NCBI GenBank assembly: GCA_041587095.1
Contig: JBFGYY010000001.1
Location: forward strand, 1-35,777
Reading direction: 5' to 3'
DNA from: Motiliproteus sp.
GTDB lineage: Bacteria; Pseudomonadota; Gammaproteobacteria; Pseudomonadales; Balneatricaceae
Length of the DNA stretch: 35,777 nucleotides
In this document: positions 19,062-26,843 of the stretch, in pieces
Numbering within the stretch: position 1 is the stretch's first letter
How the letters are laid out: each line of letters opens with the position of its first letter
Position numbers and translations under genes: made by a program
The notes under the pieces: generated by a model
Database searches by the model: none
The model's input: the letters and a program-made list of their open reading frames with translations, nothing else
Told to the model about the DNA's origin: nothing

Positions 19062-19544
19062 CTACTGCGCGGCGACGATCAGATAGTGGGTATCCACCCC
19101 TTTGATCTGCAGGCAAACCTCATCGTCGAGCTGCTTTTTCAAGAGCGCCTTGCCCAGAGGCGCAGTCGGCGTCACCACATTGACGCAACGCCCCTGCCAC
19201 TCAACGCGAATGCCGCCGGCCTCTGGCCCCAGAAACAGGTGCCGTTCGCTGCCATCATCGGCTTCCAGACTGACCAGCGTCCCTACCCGGATGGGTGTCC
19301 GGGGGGCAAGATCGGCTGTGGATAAGCGTCGATAGCGCAGAATCGCATTCTGCAGTTCCAGCACCCGCAGCGATAATCCGTGGGCCAGGTACGCCGCTTC
19401 AAGGCCCAGCGTATCGTATTTATTCTCCGCCACATTTTCGCTGTGCGTCGCACTTTCATGCGCCTGCTGGCTGGCCCCTAAAACGGTCGTAAGCTCTTGT
19501 TCAAGTTGGTCGATAATACGCTGAATCAGTTCGGTTTTTGGCAT
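19062..19544 (-). CDS. GreA/GreB family transcription factor-like protein
   Basis: N-terminal coiled coil with ATH.EN.AENKYDT.GLEA.YLA.G; C-terminal IRVGTLV.L...TP.APLGKAL. Confidence 0.8.
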   Translation of the reverse strand: MPKTELIQRIIDQLEQELTTVLGASQQAHESATHSENVAENKYDTLGLEAAYLAHGLSLRVLELQNAILRYRRLSTADLAPRTPIRVGTLVSLEADDGSERHLFLGPEAGGIRVEWQGRCVNVVTPTAPLGKALLKKQLDDEVCLQIKGVDTHYLIVAAQ

Positions 19545-19726
19545 GAGATCTGGCTTTCAAACAGGAGTGGGCAGCCTAACGCAGCAAAGAACAGGGGTAA
19601 ACACGCATCATACGCCAAAGTCTGAAGGTAGCGGCGCCCTTAACGGCTCGCCTCGATAGATAAACCGATCTGAAAATGCTAACGTTCCCTGTCACTTATA
19701 CGGATCGATCAGGACCATCGGCACTT

Positions 19727-20362
19727 ATGATAGCCAAACGCGGGGCACCCTACTGGATCACGGTTTTTCTCTGCTCACTCGCGGTATGGGTCGGCTCGGC
19801 ACGTGCCGCAACACCGGCAACGCCCGGTGAAAGCGCTGTGTCAAAACCAGCAGCAACCACAGCGCCTGACTCGAGCACCGCGCTGGTTGCCGCAACCGCG
19901 TCGGCCGCAGAGCCCACACTGGCGAATAAGAACGAACAGTTACTGAAAGACAGTCGCGCACTACAGATCAACGCCCAAAGCCTGCTTCGACAGATCTACG
20001 CCACCGAGCATTCTATCCTCTACCCCCACGATGACCTGGTAACGGTACTGTTTTCACAGCGCATAGGCGCGCGGATTTTCCTGCATTATGCCGAGTTCTA
20101 TATCAACGGTAAGCTGATCGAGACCTACAATTATCAGATGGCCAAAGTCGAGCTGCTGGCGCACTACCGGGCGGTGCAACCGATGTTCACGACGCTGCTG
20201 CCCCCCGGCGAATATGTTGTCAGAATCCGCATCTATGGCCTGGCCATGGGCGGGGATCGCTTTGTTGAAGCCGAGACAGTCATTCAGAAAGGCGGAAAGC
20301 CGCTGTTTCTGGAGCTCAACAACAGCTTCCGGGAAATCGCCGTCAGCGAATGGCGCCAATAG
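19727..20362 (+). CDS. Secreted hypothetical protein
   Basis: Signal peptide ending ARA, an A/T/P/S-rich linker, a short helix, then a beta-rich domain (EHSILYP...INGKLIETY.Y...LPPGEY). Confidence 0.6.
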   Translation: MIAKRGAPYWITVFLCSLAVWVGSARAATPATPGESAVSKPAATTAPDSSTALVAATASAAEPTLANKNEQLLKDSRALQINAQSLLRQIYATEHSILYPHDDLVTVLFSQRIGARIFLHYAEFYINGKLIETYNYQMAKVELLAHYRAVQPMFTTLLPPGEYVVRIRIYGLAMGGDRFVEAETVIQKGGKPLFLELNNSFREIAVSEWRQ

Positions 20363-20399
20363 CGCGCCACGCCCATAATTATTGCTTGTGTCGCCCGCC

Positions 20400-21086
20400 T
20401 CAACTATTGGCCGCACATCGCGTCTGATCCGCCGGAAGTTGCTCGCTGACAATGGCGTAGCCGTGCTCGCGCAGTTTATGACTGACTACGGCGGGATCCT
20501 GCGCCCGAAAACGCACGATCACATTGCGAATACCCGCCTCATCGTCCGTCTGCTGCTGGGGGGTAATCACACTCACCAGATGCCCGCCCGACTCATCCAG
20601 ACAGCGCAACAGCCGCGATAAGTTACCCTGCTTATCCTCCAGACGCAGCGTAAGACGCGTGGCATTCTCTTCGCGACAACCGGTGATATCGAGGAAAAAG
20701 TCCAGCAGATCGACACTGGTGACGATTCCCACCAGACGCCCTTCGTCCACCACTGGCAGACAACCGATCGTATGCTCACGCATCAGACAGGCGGCGTCTT
20801 CCACCAGGGTTTGCGAGTGGCAGGTCACGATGCGCCGATGCATGATATCCCGGGCGGTCAGCTTGGCCAGCAGATAGTTTGCTTCACCCGCCGAGAGCGT
20901 GGTGATGCCGGAGGGACTGGCTTTCTGCACATCCCGGTGGGAGATGATCCCCACCAGCGCGTCCTGCGCATCCACCACCGGCAGGTGCCGGATGCGCCGC
21001 GCCTGCATATACCCGGCAATATGCGCCACCTTGCTGTCTTCGGTAACCTTGACCACGTCGCAGGTCATGATCTGATCAACGTACAT
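20400..21086 (-). CDS. CBS-pair plus ACT domain protein (AcuB-like)
   Basis: AGGAG RBS; IRHLPVVD..LVGIIS.RD, IGCLPVVDEGRLVGIVT..D, ACT start EDKQG.L. Confidence 0.88.
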   Translation of the reverse strand: MYVDQIMTCDVVKVTEDSKVAHIAGYMQARRIRHLPVVDAQDALVGIISHRDVQKASPSGITTLSAGEANYLLAKLTARDIMHRRIVTCHSQTLVEDAACLMREHTIGCLPVVDEGRLVGIVTSVDLLDFFLDITGCREENATRLTLRLEDKQGNLSRLLRCLDESGGHLVSVITPQQQTDDEAGIRNVIVRFRAQDPAVVSHKLREHGYAIVSEQLPADQTRCAANS

Positions 21087-21143
21087 AATGCTCTCCTGAA
21101 GATGGGGCATGCTTGCCCATCAAACTGAATACGTGCTTTTAAC

Positions 21144-21872
21144 TCAGTGACCTAAATAGGCCTTGCGGACCGCTTCGTTAGCCAGGAGGGCGCTTGCTTC
21201 ATCCGCCAGCGCCACATGACCCGATTCCAGTACATAGCCCCGGTCCGCGATCTGCAGGGCGGCGCGGGCATTCTGCTCGACCAGCAAGATGGTCACCCCC
21301 TCCTCGTTCAAGGCTTTAATCACGCGAAAGATCTCCGCCACCAGCAAGGGGGCGAGCCCCATCGACGGTTCGTCCAGAAACAGCAACACCGGTTTACCCA
21401 CAATAGCGCGTCCCATCGCCAGCATCTGTTGCTGCCCACCGGACAGTGTTCCCGCAGGCTGGCGCCGTTTCTCTTTCAGGACGGGAAACAGGTCGTAAAT
21501 CCGCTCGATATCCGCGCTCACAGCAGCTTTGCCATCCTTGCGGGTATAAGCCCCCAGCAGCAGGTTGTCTTCCACACTCAGGGGCGCAAAAACCTGCCGT
21601 CCCTCAGGTGAGTGGCAGATACCGGCCGCGACGATCTTATGCGGGGCGAGTCGGGTGATGTCCTGGCCGTTAAGACGGATGGAACCGCTCGTGGCCGGGT
21701 GAACCCCCGACAGCGTGTGCAGCAGCGTCGTCTTGCCCGCCCCGTTGGCACCGACCATTGCCACCAGCTCGCCGGGATACACCTTCAGCGAGACATCCGA
21801 AATCGCCCGGATCGGCCCGTAATAACTGGCCAGACTCTCGACGTCGAGTAACGGGTCGGTTTTAGTGAGCAT
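21144..21872 (-). CDS. ABC transporter ATP-binding subunit (LivF-type)
   Basis: GANGAGKTT, SPEGR.VF, LSGGQQQMLAM, LDEPSMGLAP, LVEQN. Confidence 0.95.
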   Translation of the reverse strand: MLTKTDPLLDVESLASYYGPIRAISDVSLKVYPGELVAMVGANGAGKTTLLHTLSGVHPATSGSIRLNGQDITRLAPHKIVAAGICHSPEGRQVFAPLSVEDNLLLGAYTRKDGKAAVSADIERIYDLFPVLKEKRRQPAGTLSGGQQQMLAMGRAIVGKPVLLFLDEPSMGLAPLLVAEIFRVIKALNEEGVTILLVEQNARAALQIADRGYVLESGHVALADEASALLANEAVRKAYLGH

Positions 21873-22635
21873 GCTCAACCTCCTCGCCCAGATAGGCTTC
21901 GATGACCTTCGGATTGTTCTGGATCTCTTGCGGTGTCCCTTCGGCCAGCAGACTGCCGAAACCCAGCACCAGAATCCGGTCGGAAACCTCCATCACCAGC
22001 CCCATATTATGCTCGACCAGCAAGACAGTGATCCCGGTCCGGCGCAGCCGCTTGATCAGCTCACGCATCTCCACAGTCTCGGTATCGTTCAGGCCGGCCG
22101 CGGGTTCATCCATCGCCAGAAAGCGCGGTTTGGCCGCCAGTGCCCGCGCAATTTCGAGTCGCTTTAACTCGCCGTAGGGCAACGACCCCGCTTCGCGGTC
22201 GGCCAGATGCGCCAGATCGCACAGTGTCAGCGCTTCCAGCGCCCAGGCGCGCACCTGTTGCTCCTCCCGGCTGACCGAGGGCAGGCGTAACGCCCCTTTG
22301 ATCAGTCCGGTGGATGAACGCAGATGACAACCCACCATGACGTTTTCCAGCACCGTCATGTTGAAAAAGATCTGTAAATTCTGGAACGTTCGGGAAACCC
22401 CGCAGGCCGCAACCTGAAACGGCTCCCTGCCAACCAGCTCGGTATCATTGAAACGGATCGACCCCGTATCCGGTACATAAAACCCGCACAACATGTTGAA
22501 CAGCGTGGTTTTCCCCGCCCCGTTGGGCCCGATCACCGAATAGACGATGCCCTCCGGCACGGCAAAACTCAGGTCAAAAATGGCGGTCAACCCGCCGAAC
22601 GATTTTTCGAGATTGGCAACCTGCAACAGGGCCAT
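21862..22635 (-). CDS. ABC transporter ATP-binding subunit (LivG-type)
   Basis: Start MALLQV at 22635; GPNGAGKTT, RTFQN, LPYG..KRLEIARALA, DEPAAGLN. Confidence 0.95.
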   Translation of the reverse strand: MALLQVANLEKSFGGLTAIFDLSFAVPEGIVYSVIGPNGAGKTTLFNMLCGFYVPDTGSIRFNDTELVGREPFQVAACGVSRTFQNLQIFFNMTVLENVMVGCHLRSSTGLIKGALRLPSVSREEQQVRAWALEALTLCDLAHLADREAGSLPYGELKRLEIARALAAKPRFLAMDEPAAGLNDTETVEMRELIKRLRRTGITVLLVEHNMGLVMEVSDRILVLGFGSLLAEGTPQEIQNNPKVIEAYLGEEVEHAH

Positions 22636-22699
22636 AGTCTTTCCCCCGGCATGCTTGATGACTAAATAAGTGACAGCCTGAACGGCAGCAACGCAGCCG

Positions 22700-23839
22700 T
22701 CAGGATGATTCGGCGGCGCCGCCTTGCAGCAGTGCCGCATCAGATTTGCCGGAGCGACGAGCTTCTGCCGCCGGCGGAGCGGCCTGCTTGCCGGCGACGG
22801 GCAAAGCGACCGGTGGCACACCGCTGTCACAGACCTCGCCCGCTTGCCCGCTCGGTGCGGGCGGTAACCCCGCACCAGCACCCCGTTCCTGCCGCGCCCT
22901 CCACGTCTTCCAAAACAAGTTCAGTCTGCGGGCAACGGTAACGAACAGCCCCTGGGGCAGAAAGATCATGATCCCCATCAGGATCGCGCCAAACACCAGC
23001 ACTTCGTAATCGTCAAACACCACCAGCACCTCGGGCAGCAGTGTTAGCGTCAATGCCCCGAACACTGCGCCGAATGTGGAGGCGAGCCCACCCAGCACCA
23101 CCATGGTGACCAACTCGATGGAAAAGAAGAAACCGAACGAATCCGGACTGATAAAGGCCTGCTGATGGGCAAACAGGCTGCCGGCCAGCGAGGCGATCAT
23201 CGCCGAGAAAACGAACACGTTGACCTTGGTCCGGGCGGTATCGACCCCCATCATCTGCGCCGCGAATTCGGAGCCATGCACGGCGCGCAATTCCCGCCCT
23301 GCCCGGGAATCGATAATGTTCAGCGACGCCAGCACCACCAGCATCGCAACGACGGCGACCAGCGAGTACCAGCGCAGATCGGTATCCACCGCCCAGCCAA
23401 ACAACGACAGCGTCGGTATATCGCCCAGCCCATCGGGGCCACCGGTAAGATGAACTTCCTGGACCAGAATGATATTGACGATAATGCCAAAGCCCAGCGT
23501 CGCCATGGCCAGATAATGCCCCTTGAGCTTCAGGATGGGGCGCGACACCAGATTGGCAATGACAAATACCAGCAGCATGCCGCACAGCATCGCCAGCCAG
23601 GGATTCCAGCCGTACTGGGTCGTCAGCACGCCGGAGCTGTAAGCGCCCATACCAAAGAATGCCGCATGTCCCAGCGAGATCTGCCCGGCATAACCCATAA
23701 ACAGATTCAGCCCGACGGCCAGAATGATATTCAGCAGCACCGTCACGCCGACGACGGTGACAAAGTAGTTATCCGGCTGCAGCAACGGCAATATTGCGAC
23801 CACAGCCGCCAACGCAAAAAAGCCTCTGAGTCGTTTCAT
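22700..23839 (-). CDS. ABC transporter permease (LivM-type) with low-complexity C-terminal tail
   Basis: GLNL..GYAGQISLGHAAFFG.GAY, LKGHYLAMATL, TGGPDG, MVVLGG. Confidence 0.93.
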   Translation of the reverse strand: MKRLRGFFALAAVVAILPLLQPDNYFVTVVGVTVLLNIILAVGLNLFMGYAGQISLGHAAFFGMGAYSSGVLTTQYGWNPWLAMLCGMLLVFVIANLVSRPILKLKGHYLAMATLGFGIIVNIILVQEVHLTGGPDGLGDIPTLSLFGWAVDTDLRWYSLVAVVAMLVVLASLNIIDSRAGRELRAVHGSEFAAQMMGVDTARTKVNVFVFSAMIASLAGSLFAHQQAFISPDSFGFFFSIELVTMVVLGGLASTFGAVFGALTLTLLPEVLVVFDDYEVLVFGAILMGIMIFLPQGLFVTVARRLNLFWKTWRARQERGAGAGLPPAPSGQAGEVCDSGVPPVALPVAGKQAAPPAAEARRSGKSDAALLQGGAAESS

Positions 23840-24711
23840 ACGCGATCCACCGATTTTTTACCGAACAAGCCGCTGGGGCGAAAAAACAGCACCATCAGAA
23901 TGATAAAAAAAGCGATCGCATCCTTGTAACCCGATGAAATCAACCCAGCGCCCAGGGACTCCAGCACACCCAGCAGTACGCCACCGGCAACCGCCCCCAT
24001 GGAGCTGCCCATACCGCCAAGAATCGCCGCCGAAAAACCCTTCAACCCCAGCATGATGCCCGCATCAAACGAGGTAAACGCGATCGGCGCGATCGCCACA
24101 CCGGCGATCGCACCCAACGAGGCGGACAGGCCGTAGGAGATCAGCATCATCAGGCCGACATTGACTCCGACCAGCTGCGCCGCCGCTTTGTTACAGGAAC
24201 AGGCCAGGATGGCCTTGCCCATCAGGGTTCGATCAAAGAAATAGCGCACAATCAGCACACAGATCAGGGCAATACCCATGACCCACAGACTCTGGGGTAC
24301 GATAGTGGCCGAGCCGATGGCTATCGGACTATCGCCGCTGAAGGGCGTCATGCTGTGGATCTCCTTACCCCAGATCAGTAACGCCGCGCCGCGCAGGAAG
24401 ATAGACGCGCCGATCGTGATAATAATGGTGGCCACCACACTGGCCCCCCGGGCTCGCTCGATAGCGAACTTATTCAGCAACACGCCGACAACGGCAACGA
24501 TCATCACCGCGATCACGATAGCCAGCAACGTCGGCACACCGCTGGCGAGCAACCCTACCGCCGACATGCCGCCCAGCATGACGAACTCCCCCTGGGCAAA
24601 ATTCACCACCCCGGAAGCGTTGTAGATAATGGCGAAACCCAGACCGACCAACGCATAGGTCGCACCGACCGTGACGCCCGTCAGGAGAAACTGCAGAATC
24701 TGATCAAACAT
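23836..24711 (-). CDS. ABC transporter permease (LivH-type)
   Basis: G.TVGATYAL.GLGF.IIY...GVVNFAQGEF.MLG, GLKGF.AAILGG.GS, FRP.GLFG. Confidence 0.94.
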   Translation of the reverse strand: MFDQILQFLLTGVTVGATYALVGLGFAIIYNASGVVNFAQGEFVMLGGMSAVGLLASGVPTLLAIVIAVMIVAVVGVLLNKFAIERARGASVVATIIITIGASIFLRGAALLIWGKEIHSMTPFSGDSPIAIGSATIVPQSLWVMGIALICVLIVRYFFDRTLMGKAILACSCNKAAAQLVGVNVGLMMLISYGLSASLGAIAGVAIAPIAFTSFDAGIMLGLKGFSAAILGGMGSSMGAVAGGVLLGVLESLGAGLISSGYKDAIAFFIILMVLFFRPSGLFGKKSVDRV

Positions 24712-24726
24712 AAGCCGTCCCCGCCA

Positions 24727-24754
24727 CACCGGCGGCCAGTAAGGACCGTCGGTG
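24727..24754 (-). other. Intercistronic stem-loop after the binding-protein gene (probable mRNA stabiliser)
   Basis: Minus strand CACCGACGGTC-CTTACT-GGCCGCCGGTG. Confidence 0.5.
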
Positions 24755-24779
24755 CGACTCTCATTGCCGCGTCAGGGAA

Positions 24780-25931
24780 TTAATTCACCAGGGTCCAGTC
24801 ACCGTTGCGAATTTCCAGCATCCGGAAAGCATCCAGGCCCAACCCGAGGTGATCCGTTGAGGTCATGGTGAACACACCACCGGTACCGATAAAGCCCTGG
24901 GTGCGCTCAATCTCATCGCGGACTTTCTCCTTGTCGGTGGAATTGGCGCGGTCAATCGCCTGCAGCGCAATCATCAGGCCATCGTAGGCGTGGCCGCCAA
25001 AGGTCGAGACATCGCCATACTTGGCCTCATACTGGCCCTTGTAGCTGACCAGTACGGACTTCTGCGCATCGCTATCGGATAATTTATCGGCGACCAGCAG
25101 GGCGGCTGCGGGCAAACGAATCCCCTCAGCGGCAGGGCCGGCCAACTCGATAAACTTCTTCGAAGCGACACCGTGGGATTGGTACAACGGCAGATCGACG
25201 CCCAGTTGACGGATATTTTTACTGACGATGGCCGGTCCGCTGCCAAAGCCGAAATTAAGAATCGCCTGAGCATCGGTTGCGCGGATTTTGGTGACTTGCG
25301 CGGTCATATCGGTGTCTTTGCGACCATAGGACTCATCGGCCACCACCGTGATGCCGTACTGACCCGCCAGATCCAGGCTTTGCGCCCGCCCCGATTTGCC
25401 AAAGCCGCCATCACCACTGATCAGAGCGATTTTGGTCACGCCGCGGGACTGCATATCGGCAAAAATCTTCGCCGCCGCCATACGGTCTGTATGCGGGGTC
25501 TTAAAGGTCCAGCGCGACACCGGGTCGACTATTTTTACCGAGCCCGCCAGGGAGATAAAGGGCACACCCGCCTTCTCTATCTCGGGCATGACGGCCAGCG
25601 TACTGCCGGAGGTCGAGCCGCCAACAATCACGTCCACCTTATCGCGCTTGATCAGACGCTTTACAAAACTGACCGATTTTTTGGCATTACCGCCATCATC
25701 ATAGTGAATCAACTCCACCTGACGGCCATCGATCCCTCCGGCCTCATTAACCGCCGCGATCTGCATCTGCAGGGTTTTCAATTCAGGATCACCGAGGAAC
25801 GAGGCGGGGCCGGTCACCGCAAGGAAGGTCCCGACTTTGATCGTCCCTTCCGCCAGTACCGAGGTGCTGGCCATCATGGCACTGAGGGCGAACGCCGCGG
25901 CACCGGTAAGAAATCGTCTACTTCTTTTCAT
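24780..25931 (-). CDS. HAAT-type ABC substrate-binding protein, probably for aromatic acids such as phenylacetate
   Basis: Signal peptide; TGPASFLGDPE, W.FKTPHTD, LYQSHGVAS, STFGGHAYDG resemble aromatic-acid binding proteins; divergent from the pad genes. Confidence 0.88.
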   Translation of the reverse strand: MKRSRRFLTGAAAFALSAMMASTSVLAEGTIKVGTFLAVTGPASFLGDPELKTLQMQIAAVNEAGGIDGRQVELIHYDDGGNAKKSVSFVKRLIKRDKVDVIVGGSTSGSTLAVMPEIEKAGVPFISLAGSVKIVDPVSRWTFKTPHTDRMAAAKIFADMQSRGVTKIALISGDGGFGKSGRAQSLDLAGQYGITVVADESYGRKDTDMTAQVTKIRATDAQAILNFGFGSGPAIVSKNIRQLGVDLPLYQSHGVASKKFIELAGPAAEGIRLPAAALLVADKLSDSDAQKSVLVSYKGQYEAKYGDVSTFGGHAYDGLMIALQAIDRANSTDKEKVRDEIERTQGFIGTGGVFTMTSTDHLGLGLDAFRMLEIRNGDWTLVN

Positions 25932-26050
25932 AGCTAATGTCCTTCTTGTATGAGTATTTATTGTTATGAACTACATCCAGACCGTAATGCAGAATAATTC
26001 ATACCCACAAGATCAACAAGTGATTTGTGTACTATATTTCACATTCCGTT

Positions 26051-26065
26051 GTGAGAATATCTCAC
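26051..26065. promoter_or_regulatory. Palindromic operator upstream of the transporter
   Basis: GTGAGA-ATA-TCTCAC. Confidence 0.5.
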
Positions 26066-26146
26066 GTTACGTGCAAAACGCAGTCAAAAAAGTACGGATC
26101 GCGCCGCATACCGCATGACAACAACCACCAGTAAAACCCGCTAAAA

Positions 26147-26160
26147 ATGATGAATATCAA
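26147..26160. promoter_or_regulatory. FNR/Anr-type box
   Basis: ATGAT-GAAT-ATCAA, 1 mismatch to TTGAT-N4-ATCAA, upstream of an anaerobic operon; TATAAT at 26218-26223. Confidence 0.55.
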
Positions 26161-26370
26161 TACAAAAGACCACTAAAGACGAACCTGGCAACACCCCGAA
26201 CACCCCACTCAAGGAACTATAATGCACGCCGTGTTGCACTCCAATTTTAAATGCACTATTCTGCACAGCAAGACTCGTAAGCCGGATGCGGCGCCAACCA
26301 TGGCGTCGCCACTCGCCGCATAACGACTACGCATCCAATACCTGCAAATAACAACAATGAGGTAAGCGCT

Positions 26371-26778
26371 GTGAAAGACTCTTTAACTGTCGGTGCCACG
26401 ACCACCGCCCGCATCGGTATCGACGCCGCCCGCACTATCGACTTCATGGGCGATGATGTTCGCGTCTATTCAACCCCCAACCTGCTTTACGATATCGAAA
26501 TGACCTGCCGTCAGTTGCTATCTGAATTCCAGGACCCCGGGGAAGATTCCGTCGGCACTCGGGTCGAACTGGATCATACCGGCGCGACGCTGGCAGGCAT
26601 GTGGGTCGACATCTCTGTCACGGTAACGGCTGTGCAGGGACGGGCTGTCGCCTTCGACTTTCTGGTCACTGACGCGCTGGAAAGCGTCGCCAAAGGCAAG
26701 CACAGCCGCTTCGTCGTCGATATCGCCAAAACCGCCGAGCGCCTGAAAGGCAAGGCCGCCAGGTGCCGCGCGGCATAA
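26371..26778 (+). CDS. Hotdog-fold thioesterase (FlK-like)
   Basis: GAGG RBS then GTG; VYSTPNLLYDIE (Thr, Glu) and SVGTRVELDH (His) match the FlK catalytic triad; G.H.R.VVD. Confidence 0.85.
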   Translation: MKDSLTVGATTTARIGIDAARTIDFMGDDVRVYSTPNLLYDIEMTCRQLLSEFQDPGEDSVGTRVELDHTGATLAGMWVDISVTVTAVQGRAVAFDFLVTDALESVAKGKHSRFVVDIAKTAERLKGKAARCRAA

Positions 26779-26843
26779 CGAACGCGATGCCAGCCCTGAT
26801 ATTCCTCTCGCCCACCCGGTAAACCTGCGGAGGCCTGTGCCCC

